Of a stretch of DNA of 60,908 nt, positions 44,689 through 54,983 are shown in pieces. A program made the position numbers and the translations under genes. The stretch covers positions 1 through 60,908 of the forward strand of contig QMRC01000010.1 of the NCBI GenBank assembly GCA_003649205.1, in the 5' to 3' direction. Below the pieces are notes generated by a model, which searched no databases, was not told the DNA's origin, and worked only from the letters and a program-made list of their open reading frames with translations. Every line of letters begins with the position of its first letter. The first letter of the stretch is position 1. This DNA is from Thermoprotei archaeon (GTDB lineage Archaea; Thermoproteota; Thermoprotei; Thermoproteales; B15-G16).

Positions 44689-45626
44689 TACTTAGCACCT
44701 ACCAACCATAGTAAAACTGCTTTCGTGGTGTGCAATCTATTCTCTGCCTGTTTAAAAACTAAGCTATGAACGTTGTCCTCAATGACCTCATCAGTTACCT
44801 CCTCACCCCTCATAGCAGGTAGACAGTGCATGAACACGTAGTTATTATGTCCTATAGCTCTCAGTAGTTCCCTATTCACCTGGTACTTGGGTAGGAACGC
44901 CCTTAACCTAGTACTCCTCTCATGCTCTTGACCCATGCTAACAAGTACGTCTGTGTAGATCACATCAGCATCCTTAACAGCAGTGAAGGGATCCGGTACG
45001 ATCTCAATCCTAGCACCTGTCTCCTTAGCTTCTTCTCTAGCGAGTTCTAGGACGAATGAACATGGCCTATACTCCTCTGGACAAGCAACGACGTAGTCTA
45101 TACCTACCTTTACGCAAGCGATCATAAGTGAGTGACAAACATTACTACCTCCATCACCTACAAACACAACCCTACCTACTCTGTTGAAGGACTTAAAGTG
45201 CTCTTCAATAGTCATGAGGTCTGCTAGTGCTTGAAGTGGATGAAAGAGATCACTCAATGCATTGACTATTGGTATCGATGAATATTTCGTGAACTCAATC
45301 AAGGTCTCATGTAGCTTAACTCTGGCAAAGAGACAGTGAATATACCTTGACAGTACTCTAGCTGTGTCTTTAATAGGTTCACCACGTACTAGCTGAAGCT
45401 CATCACCCCTCATGTACAGTGTCGATCCACCTAACTCCCTAACAGCAACCTCTATTGACACTCTTGTCCTAGTAGATGGCTTCTCGAAGAGTAGACCAAC
45501 AACTTTCCCTCTCAAGTTACTCCTCAGATAACCTTCATACCTTTCCCACTTCAATACCTTAGAGAGCTTGATTAGGTGCATAATCTCAGATCTATCGAGG
45601 TCAAGTAATGTCAGGAGATGCCTCAT
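44688..45626 (-). CDS. argF: ornithine carbamoyltransferase
   Basis: FEKPSTRTR, HPLQALAD, SMGQE, MHCLPA, QAENRLH. Confidence 0.95.
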   Translation of the reverse strand: MRHLLTLLDLDRSEIMHLIKLSKVLKWERYEGYLRSNLRGKVVGLLFEKPSTRTRVSIEVAVRELGGSTLYMRGDELQLVRGEPIKDTARVLSRYIHCLFARVKLHETLIEFTKYSSIPIVNALSDLFHPLQALADLMTIEEHFKSFNRVGRVVFVGDGGSNVCHSLMIACVKVGIDYVVACPEEYRPCSFVLELAREEAKETGARIEIVPDPFTAVKDADVIYTDVLVSMGQEHERSTRLRAFLPKYQVNRELLRAIGHNNYVFMHCLPAMRGEEVTDEVIEDNVHSLVFKQAENRLHTTKAVLLWLVGAK

Positions 45627-45629
45627 GTG

Positions 45630-46538
45630 CTAACCCTTAATCAACTTCTCAACGAACTCCTCAGCATTAAACTCAACTAAGTCACTGTACTTCTGACCCG
45701 TACCCAGGTACACGATAGGTCTCCTAGAGCACCAGACAAGTGTTATCGCTGCTCCTCCCTTAGGATCTGCATCTACCTTCGTCAGTACAATTCCATCAAC
45801 TCTAATGTACTTCATGTAGTTCTGTATCTGATCTAGAGCATCAGAACCCATTAGTGAATCAGCTACGAAGACCACTAGATCAGGTCTCACCACCCTGTAT
45901 ATCTTGCTTATCTCCTCCATCAAGTTTATATCAGTATGCTGTCTACCTGCTGTATCAATGAGGACGACATCATAGCCTCTACTCCTAGCATGCTGAACAG
46001 CGTCATAGGCTACAGCCGCTGGATCAGCACCGTACTTATGAGTTAGCATCCTCACCCCGACTCTCCTACAATGCTCCTCAAGCTGCTCAATAGCACCAGC
46101 CCTGAACGTGTCAGAACATGCTACAAGGACTCTGTAACCCTCATTCTTCAACCTATAGGCTATCTTCGCAATAGTGGTAGTCTTCCCATGTCCATTAGGA
46201 CCCACGAACAGTACAACAAATGGCTGCTTCTCAGACCTCTTCTTCTCAATTAACTCTTCAAGACGTATCCTACCTACACCACTAAATAGCTCCAGCAATA
46301 TCTCCTTCACAACCTTCTCAACAACTTCACTCTTACCACCAAGTAGTGGAACTCGTTCACTACGTAATCTCTCCTCAATCCTCTTAACTAATTCCTCAGC
46401 TACGTCTAAAGCCACATCAGCTTCAACGAGCTTTATAACTAAGTCATCACATATCCTCTTAAGCTCATGACCAGTTAGAGGTCTAGTCGTTACTGCTTTA
46501 ACAAAGTTCCTTAGAGCTTCACGAAACTTCTCAAACAT
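45630..46538 (-). CDS. ftsY: SRP receptor FtsY
   Basis: GPNGHGKTTT, DTFRAGA, DTAGR, TKVD, GTGQ. Confidence 0.95.
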   Translation of the reverse strand: MFEKFREALRNFVKAVTTRPLTGHELKRICDDLVIKLVEADVALDVAEELVKRIEERLRSERVPLLGGKSEVVEKVVKEILLELFSGVGRIRLEELIEKKRSEKQPFVVLFVGPNGHGKTTTIAKIAYRLKNEGYRVLVACSDTFRAGAIEQLEEHCRRVGVRMLTHKYGADPAAVAYDAVQHARSRGYDVVLIDTAGRQHTDINLMEEISKIYRVVRPDLVVFVADSLMGSDALDQIQNYMKYIRVDGIVLTKVDADPKGGAAITLVWCSRRPIVYLGTGQKYSDLVEFNAEEFVEKLIKG

Positions 46539-46556
46539 CTACACCACGCTCAAATC

Positions 46557-47054
46557 CTAGGTAGCTGTTGCTGTAGCTGTTTCCCTCCTACTAGCTAACT
46601 CACTACGGATTCTCTCAAGCAAGCTCTCAATCTGAGATAACCTCGTTGCTACCTGCGTCATATTAGTCTGGATACTCTCTAAATTCTTCTCAAGTTCTTT
46701 CTGTCTTCGCTCAAGTATCGATATTACGTCCTCTATCGGTACCTCAATCATGTAGTTTGCACCAATACCTATCAGTGCTCTCTCCCTATCCCTTATGGTA
46801 GCTCTAATGTAGGTCGTAGCTCCTAGAGGTACAAGTATCTCGTTGTCTGGATTCAATGTCTTGACCTGTCTAAGAACCTCTCTAGTAACCTCTATTTCCC
46901 TGATTAGAGATGAGACTATCGATGCTTGTCTCTGAAGGTTTTGAAGTATGTTTCTAAGTAGTTCAGCTTCCTGTACAATTCTAATTATGTCTTCTCGTGT
47001 CAACCTTACCTCTGTACTCTCTCCTCCACTACCTGCACTACTCAGATAAATCAC
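46557..47054 (-). CDS. pfdA: prefoldin subunit alpha
   Basis: EILVPLG..IGIGANY between coiled coils. Confidence 0.9.
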   Translation of the reverse strand: MIYLSSAGSGGESTEVRLTREDIIRIVQEAELLRNILQNLQRQASIVSSLIREIEVTREVLRQVKTLNPDNEILVPLGATTYIRATIRDRERALIGIGANYMIEVPIEDVISILERRQKELEKNLESIQTNMTQVATRLSQIESLLERIRSELASRRETATATAT

Positions 47055-47305
47055 CTCACAGCAATCTTAGTCATGTTGAGTAGCTGTACAATGTGTCTTC
47101 TCTGCCTCGATACCTCCTCTGGTGAAATCTCCTTAATCTCCTCAATCTTGACATGGCACCTCCTTAGACCATGCTTACTACCGAAGTGAGCATATGTCCT
47201 TTCAATGACTTCACTCTCCTTAGTAGCTAACATCTCTAGCGTGAACTTCTGCCATGTCCAGCCTGTGAATATCTTACCACTAACCCTATACAGCTTGACC
47301 TGCAT
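47051..47305 (-). CDS. rpl18a: 50S ribosomal protein L18Ae (LX)
   Basis: YRVSG, FGSKHGLRR..KIEEI. Confidence 0.9.
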   Translation of the reverse strand: MQVKLYRVSGKIFTGWTWQKFTLEMLATKESEVIERTYAHFGSKHGLRRCHVKIEEIKEISPEEVSRQRRHIVQLLNMTKIAVR

Positions 47306-47353
47306 GAGTTACCCCCACAACTCCTCATGAGGGTACTTACTTATGTAGTTAGC

Positions 47354-48049
47354 TCAAGTTAGGACACCTGAGAGTGCTTGTGTTATCCTCATGATTTCAG
47401 GACCTGTAGTCTCATCACCTACTAGAGCACCGTTACTATTAGCTATTAGACCAGCTCTAACAAATGGTCTACCTCTATTCACGGTACCAACACTTACAGG
47501 TAGCTTAAATATCTCTCTCAATTGAGCTATCTCGTCATCTGTCGCATCTGGTGTCACTAGTACCCCCCTATTCGTAGCTACGATTAAAGAACCTACTACA
47601 TTTAAATTACAAATCTTCATCTGAATAACCTCAACGCCAAGAGCATCTTCCATAGCTTTAATGTCTTCAGGAGGTAGCAGTAGTGAAGCTACTGCAGCTC
47701 TATCATTTACGGCAACTAAGTTCCCTAGAGCAGTGAGTTTCGTCTTCAGTATAGCTATGTTGATGTCTCTTAGCTCTCTCTTAATGATCTCAATCTCTTC
47801 ATCAGCTACAGTATGTGGGAGAACTATACCGTGTGAGTTACCTACTGTAAAGACTCCGACAAGAGTTGAGTGGCTTATGAAGGTCTTGACTATCCGCACC
47901 TTTAGTATCTCCATTAATGCTTGAACTACCTTATCAGGTACGTCAGGTGGGATGATGACGTAGGAATCCGTTGCTGTGGAGAAAGCACCTATGTTCGAGG
48001 TACCGTAGATTGAGAGTTTCTGAACAGGATAAGTAGTTAATTCACTCAT
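47354..48049 (-). CDS. eif6: translation initiation factor aIF6
   Basis: [30 protein letters not shown]. Confidence 0.95.
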   Translation of the reverse strand: MSELTTYPVQKLSIYGTSNIGAFSTATDSYVIIPPDVPDKVVQALMEILKVRIVKTFISHSTLVGVFTVGNSHGIVLPHTVADEEIEIIKRELRDINIAILKTKLTALGNLVAVNDRAAVASLLLPPEDIKAMEDALGVEVIQMKICNLNVVGSLIVATNRGVLVTPDATDDEIAQLREIFKLPVSVGTVNRGRPFVRAGLIANSNGALVGDETTGPEIMRITQALSGVLT

Positions 48050-48071
48050 GGAGACACCGAGCTAGACCATA

Positions 48072-48350
48072 TTAAGGAACGAGGTATACCTTTACTGTAC
48101 CGTCCTTCAACTTAACAGCTCTAACCCTGATCTTCCTAGGAGGTTTCTCAATACCTCGACTCCATATGTACTCATTAACTTCAGGCATTATCTTGACCTT
48201 CTCAACATCAGTCTTCATGTGTCTAGCCATGAAGTCCCTCAGAAATCTAATAGCTCTAGGTGCTCTCTTTGTCCTCGGTACAAACCTAGTGATTCTCAGT
48301 GGAACGGTGTAGACCCTCTCTAACTCAATCTCTTCACTCTCACTAGCCAT
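48072..48350 (-). CDS. rpl31e: 50S ribosomal protein L31e
   Basis: YTVPL, KRAPRAI, WSRGIEKPP. Confidence 0.95.
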   Translation of the reverse strand: MASESEEIELERVYTVPLRITRFVPRTKRAPRAIRFLRDFMARHMKTDVEKVKIMPEVNEYIWSRGIEKPPRKIRVRAVKLKDGTVKVYLVP

Positions 48351-48363
48351 GGCTACCCACCTA

Positions 48364-48519
48364 CTACGCCTTTAGCTTAACTCTTCTCCAGTGTCTTCTA
48401 TGGGGGTTATACGTGAACTTCCAGTGAGACTTAACGATAACCCAAAGTGGTACTGCTCTATTCTGCTTAAGTGCTGCTGCTAGCCTCAACTTCTTACCCA
48501 ATGGCTTATTCCTAGCCAT
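48364..48519 (-). CDS. rpl39e: 50S ribosomal protein L39e (missing from ORF track)
   Basis: manual translation [51 protein letters not shown]. Confidence 0.95.
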   Translation of the reverse strand: MARNKPLGKKLRLAAALKQNRAVPLWVIVKSHWKFTYNPHRRHWRRVKLKA

Positions 48520-48530
48520 ACGTACCTACC

Positions 48531-48872
48531 CTACGTGAACCTAATCCTGATCTCACGTCTATACCTCCTATCTATCTCAGCCAAAATTCTCTTCAAGTCT
48601 TCATCTGTTATAGGGGTCTTTATCCTCCCAGCTTGAGCTAGAGCTATTAGCTGATTCTCGAGTTGCTCAACTAGTTCAGGATTGACTAATCTCAAGTTAG
48701 CTAATCTCTGCCTAGCTTCAGGAGTTAGTATTACACGTAGTACAGCTCTCTTCCTAGCCTCTAACTCAGCTCTCTTCTGTTCCTCAATTAACCTCCTTTG
48801 ATACTCCAACAACTTCCTCCTCTTAATCTCCTCAAGTTCCTCATCGTAGTAGTACTCCTCACCCATACTCAA
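48531..48872 (-). CDS. PDCD5-family DNA-binding protein
   Basis: [29 protein letters not shown]. Confidence 0.92.
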   Translation of the reverse strand: MSMGEEYYYDEELEEIKRRKLLEYQRRLIEEQKRAELEARKRAVLRVILTPEARQRLANLRLVNPELVEQLENQLIALAQAGRIKTPITDEDLKRILAEIDRRYRREIRIRFT

Positions 48873-48879
48873 CTACCAC

Positions 48880-49350
48880 CTAGGGAACTGCGTACTTCTT
48901 TAACTCAGGTCTCTCTCTCAATAACTCCCTAAAGACTTTTGTCGCTATTCTATCAAGTAGTGACCTACCCTCAGGAGTAAGGACCCTACCCTTACCAGGT
49001 ATCTTAGTGACCAAACCAGCAGCTTCAAGCTGCTGCAGTGCCTTCCTAATGATTGAGCCACCAGCTTTTCTGAAGTGCTCTCTCCTGTACTCACTACCTA
49101 TCTTACAAGCACCACCATAGGCAGTTCTCAACCTCTCAATACCAACTGGGCCATGTAAGTATAGCTTTCTGAGCAGTGAAGCACATCTGTAGTACCACCA
49201 ATCTTCCTGCATTGGAACTCTCTCCTTATGCGCACCTGTCTTGACGAAGTAAGCCCAGGGTGGTGGCTTTACCTGTGGGACATTTTCCTTTAAGTACTTA
49301 GCTAGTGCTTCAATGAACTTCTGTGGGGGTACATCCTTCACAGAGACCAT
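48880..49350 (-). CDS. rps19e: 30S ribosomal protein S19e
   Basis: [32 protein letters not shown]; ATG 49350. Confidence 0.96.
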   Translation of the reverse strand: MVSVKDVPPQKFIEALAKYLKENVPQVKPPPWAYFVKTGAHKERVPMQEDWWYYRCASLLRKLYLHGPVGIERLRTAYGGACKIGSEYRREHFRKAGGSIIRKALQQLEAAGLVTKIPGKGRVLTPEGRSLLDRIATKVFRELLRERPELKKYAVP

Positions 49351-49462
49351 ACTTAGTACCCCAAGCACTTGTAGTGCATGTCTATAAAAACCCTACCGAC
49401 AACCCTCATCGAGACACTACACTTAAATTTTCTACCTTACGTTAGTGTTGTAAGGTGTAATA

Positions 49463-49795
49463 ATGGCTTTTTGTCCGAGATGTGGTTCGTTGATGGTACC
49501 TCAGAAGGTAGGTGGGAAGACTATACTTAAGTGTAGGAAGTGTGGTTTCGAGAAGGAAGCTACATCAGGTATCTCAGTTCTCAGAGAGAAGAAGGTTATT
49601 GAGCATAAGCCAAGTGAGGGTATTATTGTTGAACAGAATTTACCACGTGTACTACCTACCGTTAGGGTTGAGTGTCCTAGGTGTGGTAATAAGGAAGCTT
49701 ACTGGTGGACTATGCAGACGAGAGCTGCTGATGAACCACCAACTAGGTTCTATAGGTGCACTAAGTGTGGCTACACTTGGCGTGAGTACGAGTAG
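49463..49795 (+). CDS. tfs: transcription factor S (TFS)
   Basis: FCPRCGS..CRKCG; [18 protein letters not shown]. Confidence 0.95.
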   Translation: MAFCPRCGSLMVPQKVGGKTILKCRKCGFEKEATSGISVLREKKVIEHKPSEGIIVEQNLPRVLPTVRVECPRCGNKEAYWWTMQTRAADEPPTRFYRCTKCGYTWREYE

Positions 49796-49880
49796 CTAGC
49801 TCTGGCGATATACTGTACGTGAAATAAACCATAAGCCAAATATTTCTAGGAGCTGATATTAGGTACTTGGGTGAGTAGTT

Positions 49881-50627
49881 GTGAGTTTTAGGTTTGTGTT
49901 TAGCGATGCACGTGAGTGGAGGTACATAATTGAGTCCATAGCTGCATTAATTGAGGAAGCTACGTTCGTTGTAACTCCTGAGGGTGTTAAGCTGAGAGCA
50001 CTTGACCCATCTAGAGTAGCTATGGTCGATCTAGAGCTACCTAGCACAGCATTTGAGGAGTATAGCTGTGAAGCTGAGACTAGAGTTGGTGTGAACTTCG
50101 ATGATATGAAGAAGATCTTGAAGAGATGTAAGAAGGATGATAAGGTTGAGTACGAGGTTGCTGGTGGTAAGCTCAAGATAAAGATCATCGGTAAAGCTAC
50201 TAGGAGCTTCGTTCTGCCGCTCATAGATATCGGAGCTGAGACACTACCAACACCTAGAGTTGCCTTCACGGCTAGGGTCAAGCTTCTGAGCGATGCTGTT
50301 GAGGAGGCTATCAGAGATGCCGAAGTCATCGCTGATACCGTCAAGCTAGAGGCTAGTGAGGAGATGTTCGCAATAAAAGCTATGAGCGATAAGGGTGATC
50401 TAGAGGTTCAGTTCGGTAGGGAATCTGGATCACTCATTGAGTACGAGGTAACTGAGCCAGCAGTAGCTTCATATAGCTTAGAGTACATGGGTGATATAGT
50501 CAAGAAGTCGGCGAAGATAGCTGACCTAGTTACGATAGAGTTCGCGACAAATAAGCCAGTTGCATTAACATTCGAGATTCCACTAGGTGGTAGACTAGTG
50601 TACTACCTAGCTCCGAGAATGGAGTAA
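49881..50627 (+). CDS. pcn: DNA sliding clamp PCNA
   Basis: ALDPSRVAMV, YSLEY, YYLAPR. Confidence 0.95.
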   Translation: MSFRFVFSDAREWRYIIESIAALIEEATFVVTPEGVKLRALDPSRVAMVDLELPSTAFEEYSCEAETRVGVNFDDMKKILKRCKKDDKVEYEVAGGKLKIKIIGKATRSFVLPLIDIGAETLPTPRVAFTARVKLLSDAVEEAIRDAEVIADTVKLEASEEMFAIKAMSDKGDLEVQFGRESGSLIEYEVTEPAVASYSLEYMGDIVKKSAKIADLVTIEFATNKPVALTFEIPLGGRLVYYLAPRME

Positions 50628-50631
50628 GTAC

Positions 50632-51675
50632 ATGATATCAACACACATAATTACAATTGAGGACCTGGTCAAGTACCCATTCCTACCTGAAGCTACTGAG
50701 CGAATTCGTAGACTAAACCTATCTCTAAGAGAAGTACTGAGTCTACGTGATGTAGTTGAGAGAGCCATTAAGAGAGCTACCTCCAGGAACTACACCATAG
50801 ACCTCACAGATCCAGATACAGAACTACTCTCATTTTACCTATCACTTGTACTAGCTGCGTTAACTCGTGATAACGTAGCTATTAGGAGATTTGCCGATAT
50901 AGAATCTAAGAGAGTTAGCAAATTTCTCCAGCAAGAACCTCTCGATAAGGTGGTGTACATAGCTAAGAAAGCCTTTAACATCGATGTCAAGGTAGTTAAT
51001 GGTTTGATACAGGTTCACTTTGTACACTACCTCAAGTACATGCCTCAGGGTGATCTAGAGTGGAAGCTAGTGAATAGGGTACTGCATAGAGGTTTTGTGT
51101 ACTTATCTCTTCGTGAACTTACTAGGTTGATTGAGGAAGCTTATGAGAAGTGGATACTTAGTAAATGTAGTGAGATTGCTAATTCCATGATTGTTTTTCC
51201 TGAAGAAATTACGTCGCTAGTAGATGAGCTTCGTAGTAAGCTGAGGACAGTTAGCTCTGAGGTTAGTGTGCGTAGACGTAGGTTGGAGGGTGTAGTTGAT
51301 CCTTACCCACCATGCATTAGGAAGTTAATAGAGGAAGCTAAAGCAGGTGAGAACCTTAGTCACATAGCTAGGTTCACCTTAGCTAGCTTCCTAATTCACA
51401 TAGGTTTCTCTGTTGATGAAGTTGTTAAGTACTTCGAGAATTTACCTGATTACGATGAGAAGAAGACTAGGTACCAGGTTGAGCATATTGCTGGTTTAAG
51501 AGGATCGAGGAAGAAGTACCTACCACCCTCCTGTGACTACTTGAGGAGTGTTGGTCTTTGTCCAGGTGAGTGTATTAAGGGGATTCACCACCCACTTCAG
51601 TACTATAGGTTAGCTACTAGGTCGAGAGCTAGTGAAGGAGGTGTAGGTAGTGAGCAGAGAGCTGAAGCTACTTAA
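50632..51675 (+). CDS. priL: DNA primase large subunit
   Basis: KYPFL, WKLVNR, YPPCI, YQVEHIAG, PPSC..C..HPLQYY. Confidence 0.95.
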   Translation: MISTHIITIEDLVKYPFLPEATERIRRLNLSLREVLSLRDVVERAIKRATSRNYTIDLTDPDTELLSFYLSLVLAALTRDNVAIRRFADIESKRVSKFLQQEPLDKVVYIAKKAFNIDVKVVNGLIQVHFVHYLKYMPQGDLEWKLVNRVLHRGFVYLSLRELTRLIEEAYEKWILSKCSEIANSMIVFPEEITSLVDELRSKLRTVSSEVSVRRRRLEGVVDPYPPCIRKLIEEAKAGENLSHIARFTLASFLIHIGFSVDEVVKYFENLPDYDEKKTRYQVEHIAGLRGSRKKYLPPSCDYLRSVGLCPGECIKGIHHPLQYYRLATRSRASEGGVGSEQRAEAT

Positions 51676-52816
51676 GTCACTCTTCTCACGGTACTATAGG
51701 TACGCTGAGTTCACTACCGACTTTCCGAGAGATTTACCTAGACGTGAGATTGCTCTTCAACTACTTGAGAACGAGGCTATGGTTCGACACCTGAGCTTTA
51801 ACAGTATTGAGGATCTTAGGAAGTACGTGGTTAAGAATGTCCCTTCTCATCTCTACTACTCAACAGCTTACTATGAGAATCCTGGTGTAGATGATATGGA
51901 TCAGAAGGGGTGGTTAGGTGCTGAGTTGGTTTTTGACATAGATGTCGATCACATACCTACACCATGTAAGGAAGAGCACGATAGATGGATTTGTGAGAAC
52001 TGTGGTGAAGCTGGTAGGGGTTCTAAACCTGAGAAGTGCCCTAAGTGTGGTGGTTCTAAGTTTAGGCAAATTTCCTGGATTTGTGATAAGTGTCTTGAAG
52101 TTGCTCGTGAGGAAGCTCTTAAGGTTATCGAAGTTCTCGATAGTGACTTCGGTGTATCGCCTCATGAGGTTTACATATGTTTCTCAGGTCATAGGGGTTT
52201 TCACATACATGTAGATACTGACGTAATTAGGGAACTCTCTCAAGATGCTAGGAGGGAGATAGCTGACTACATGAGGTTAATTGGTTTACGTATTGACAAG
52301 TTCTTCACTAAGAGGGGAAAGCGCACATACTCAAGGCTCATGATTACTAGCAGTGGCATTCCTGGTCGTTTAGCTAGGTCTCTATACGAGAAGGTTATTG
52401 AGGTAGGTACTCAAGTAGCTAGAGAAGTTGAGCTTGTCTTAGAGGGTAAGAAGGAGACTATATCTAGGAAGGGTATCAAGTTAATTGAGAAGCTACTTCC
52501 TGAAGTCCTCCCCAGTATTAGGTGCGAGATCGATGAGAAAGTCCTCATAGATACACATAGATTGATTAGATTTCCGAACTCTCTTCATGGGAAAACTGGT
52601 CTCAAGGTAACACCACTAACGGTAAGTGAACTAGAGAGATTCAGCATTGAGAAAGCTATAGTCTTTAGAAAGGGGTCCCTTCGTGTGAGACTACATGATG
52701 CTCCTCCTAAGCTCTTCGACATGAATTTAGGAAATTGTGTTGGTAGGGTTCTCGATTTACCTATGTATGTGGCGATATACCTAATTTGTAGGAAAGTAGC
52801 TACCTTAGAGGAGTGA
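51650..52816 (+). CDS. priS: DNA primase small subunit
   Basis: RREI, YYSTAYY, ELVFDIDVD, FSGHRGFHIH, RLIRFPNSLHGKTG. Confidence 0.95.
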   Translation: MSRELKLLKSLFSRYYRYAEFTTDFPRDLPRREIALQLLENEAMVRHLSFNSIEDLRKYVVKNVPSHLYYSTAYYENPGVDDMDQKGWLGAELVFDIDVDHIPTPCKEEHDRWICENCGEAGRGSKPEKCPKCGGSKFRQISWICDKCLEVAREEALKVIEVLDSDFGVSPHEVYICFSGHRGFHIHVDTDVIRELSQDARREIADYMRLIGLRIDKFFTKRGKRTYSRLMITSSGIPGRLARSLYEKVIEVGTQVAREVELVLEGKKETISRKGIKLIEKLLPEVLPSIRCEIDEKVLIDTHRLIRFPNSLHGKTGLKVTPLTVSELERFSIEKAIVFRKGSLRVRLHDAPPKLFDMNLGNCVGRVLDLPMYVAIYLICRKVATLEE

Positions 52817-52823
52817 ACACCTC

Positions 52824-53393
52824 ATGAGTAGTATCATAGATGAGCTCTACATGTATCTAAGGAAAGAGAGTGAGAGTGCTGAGTTACAGGAAGTGCCAAG
52901 GGATCTATTGAGGAAGGTTAGGGATGAGATTGAGAGATTGAGAAGTAGTCTAGGTGTGACTTACGTTAAAGATCAAGTTATTGAGAGGAAGATAGAGAGC
53001 ATAACTCAGCTACTAACAGCACTAATCCTAACTAGATTGAGCAAATTACTGAGCGATCTCAAGTTCCTTAGTGTAGATACGTCACGACTTCTCGATGAAG
53101 AGAGAGACATAGTGAATTACCTACAGGAGAAGATACGTAGCATGTTAATTACTTACGTAGGTAAGGTACCAGAGAACTTGAGAGCAACGATCACAGCTAC
53201 AGAACAACGGAGAGAATACGTCATAGTGCTCTTCACTAAAGACTACCCACCACTAATGTGTAGTGACCTACACATCTACGGACCCTTCTCAAGAGAAGAT
53301 GTAGCGTACATACCTAAGGCTGATGCTGAGAAGTTGAGGGAAAAAGGTGTAGTTATTGTACTTGGTCAAGTACCTAACATGGGAGAGAGTTAA
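52824..53393 (+). CDS. GINS complex subunit (Gins15-like)
   Basis: ELQEVP, RLSKL, YGPF..EDVAYIP..AEKL; canonical position after priS. Confidence 0.8.
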   Translation: MSSIIDELYMYLRKESESAELQEVPRDLLRKVRDEIERLRSSLGVTYVKDQVIERKIESITQLLTALILTRLSKLLSDLKFLSVDTSRLLDEERDIVNYLQEKIRSMLITYVGKVPENLRATITATEQRREYVIVLFTKDYPPLMCSDLHIYGPFSREDVAYIPKADAEKLREKGVVIVLGQVPNMGES

Positions 53394-53439
53394 TATAGTT
53401 GAGACATAGCTTAGGTGTAGAGAGCTGTAGGTGATAGCG

Positions 53440-53727
53440 ATGAAGGTACCTAGGGTCATAAGAACATACTGTCCAAGATGTAATGCACATACTGAGCACG
53501 TAGTGACACTATATACACACGGTAAGAGAAGAACACTAGCTGAAGGACAGAGAAGGTACCTAGCAAAGTGCAAGGGATATGGTTCAAGTAGAAAGCCGAA
53601 GCAGAAGAGATTTGCTAAGGTGACTAAGAAGCAGGTACTAAAGCTGAGGTGTAAGGTCTGTGGCTACATTCAGCATAGAGAAGGTATTAGGTTGAAGAGG
53701 CTTGAAATTGTAGAGCTGAAGAGGTAG
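53440..53727 (+). CDS. rpl44e: 50S ribosomal protein L44e
   Basis: [26 protein letters not shown]. Confidence 0.95.
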   Translation: MKVPRVIRTYCPRCNAHTEHVVTLYTHGKRRTLAEGQRRYLAKCKGYGSSRKPKQKRFAKVTKKQVLKLRCKVCGYIQHREGIRLKRLEIVELKR

Positions 53728-53739
53728 AGGTGAAGTAGG

Positions 53740-53940
53740 GTGGTCAAGAAGAGGAAGATACTGATACCACAACCAACGAGTAAGTTCCTAAGAGTTCGCT
53801 GTCCAGACTGTGGTAACGAGCAGATAATATTCAACAAACCTGCTATAGTGGTTAGATGCTTAGTCTGTGGACGTGTTCTAGCTAGACCAACAGGTGGTAA
53901 AGGAATTATCGAGGCTAAGATAATTAAGGAACTTGATTAG
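53740..53940 (+). CDS. rps27e: 30S ribosomal protein S27e
   Basis: [25 protein letters not shown]. Confidence 0.96.
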   Translation: MVKKRKILIPQPTSKFLRVRCPDCGNEQIIFNKPAIVVRCLVCGRVLARPTGGKGIIEAKIIKELD

Positions 53941-54745
53941 AGGGATTACTGTGTCAAGGAGGAGAAAGAATTTTCCTGAAGTTGGTGAGCTCGTCATAGG
54001 TACTGTGAAGAAGATCTTTGAGCATGGTGCGTACGTAGCGCTAGATGAGTATGGTGGATTAGAAGCTTATGCACCTATAAATGAGATAGTTACGAGCTGG
54101 TTTCACAGTATAAAGGATTACCTCAAGGAAGGTCAGAAAGCGGTCTTCAAGGTAGTTCGAGTAGATAGACGTAAAGGTCTGGTAGATGTTTCATTGAAGA
54201 GAGTTACTCCCAGTGAGAGGAAGAGTAAGTTATTCATGTGGAAGAGACTTCAGAAAGCTACGAGATTGCTAAACCTAGTAGCTCAGAGATTAGGTAGGAA
54301 GCCTGAGGAGATCTTAGATATTGTCGAGGATAAAGCTGTATCGAACTTTGGTGATTTGCTCGCAGTATTTGAGGTTGCCGCGAAGGAAGGTATAGAACCT
54401 CTAAAAGCTGCATCCCTACCTCAGGAAATCGCTGAGAAAATAGTTGAGGTAGCTAGGCAGTACATACCTGTACCGGAGGTTAAGGTAAGTGGAGTGCTTA
54501 AGGTACTGTGCATGAAGCCCGGTGGTCTCTACGAGGTCAGGGAAACACTGCTAAAGGCATATGAGGTGGCGAAGCAGTATGGTAATGTCAAGGTGAGAGT
54601 CTACACAGTAGGTGTTCCGCGGTATAGAGTTGACGTTATTGCTAGAGATTACAAGGTTGCTGAGAAGGTTCTGGAAGATATTGTGAATGTCGTGATGGAG
54701 GAAGGTAAGAGAAGACAGTGTGAAGTCTCATTTACTAGATTATAG
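53933..54745 (+). CDS. eif2a: translation initiation factor aIF2 alpha
   Basis: [33 protein letters not shown]. Confidence 0.95.
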   Translation: MIRGITVSRRRKNFPEVGELVIGTVKKIFEHGAYVALDEYGGLEAYAPINEIVTSWFHSIKDYLKEGQKAVFKVVRVDRRKGLVDVSLKRVTPSERKSKLFMWKRLQKATRLLNLVAQRLGRKPEEILDIVEDKAVSNFGDLLAVFEVAAKEGIEPLKAASLPQEIAEKIVEVARQYIPVPEVKVSGVLKVLCMKPGGLYEVRETLLKAYEVAKQYGNVKVRVYTVGVPRYRVDVIARDYKVAEKVLEDIVNVVMEEGKRRQCEVSFTRL

Positions 54746-54755
54746 GGGGAGTCGC

Positions 54756-54983
54756 GTGGGTAGACAAGGTCTCTTACGTAGATGTGAAGTCTGTGGAGCC
54801 TACACCCTCTCACAAGATAAATGCCCTAAGTGTGGTGGTCCTGTTAGGACACCTCACCCACCTAAGTTCTCACCTGATGATAGGTTCGCGAAGTATAGAC
54901 TAGCTATGAAGCTTACTTCTGGAATCCTCAAGGTAAGTGATGAGGTTAGGGAAAAGATCTTGAAGTCGCTCCTCAAGACTTAG
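54756..54983 (+). CDS. nop10: H/ACA RNP protein Nop10
   Basis: YTL..CPKCG..PHPPKFSPDDRFAKYR. Confidence 0.93.
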   Translation: MGRQGLLRRCEVCGAYTLSQDKCPKCGGPVRTPHPPKFSPDDRFAKYRLAMKLTSGILKVSDEVREKILKSLLKT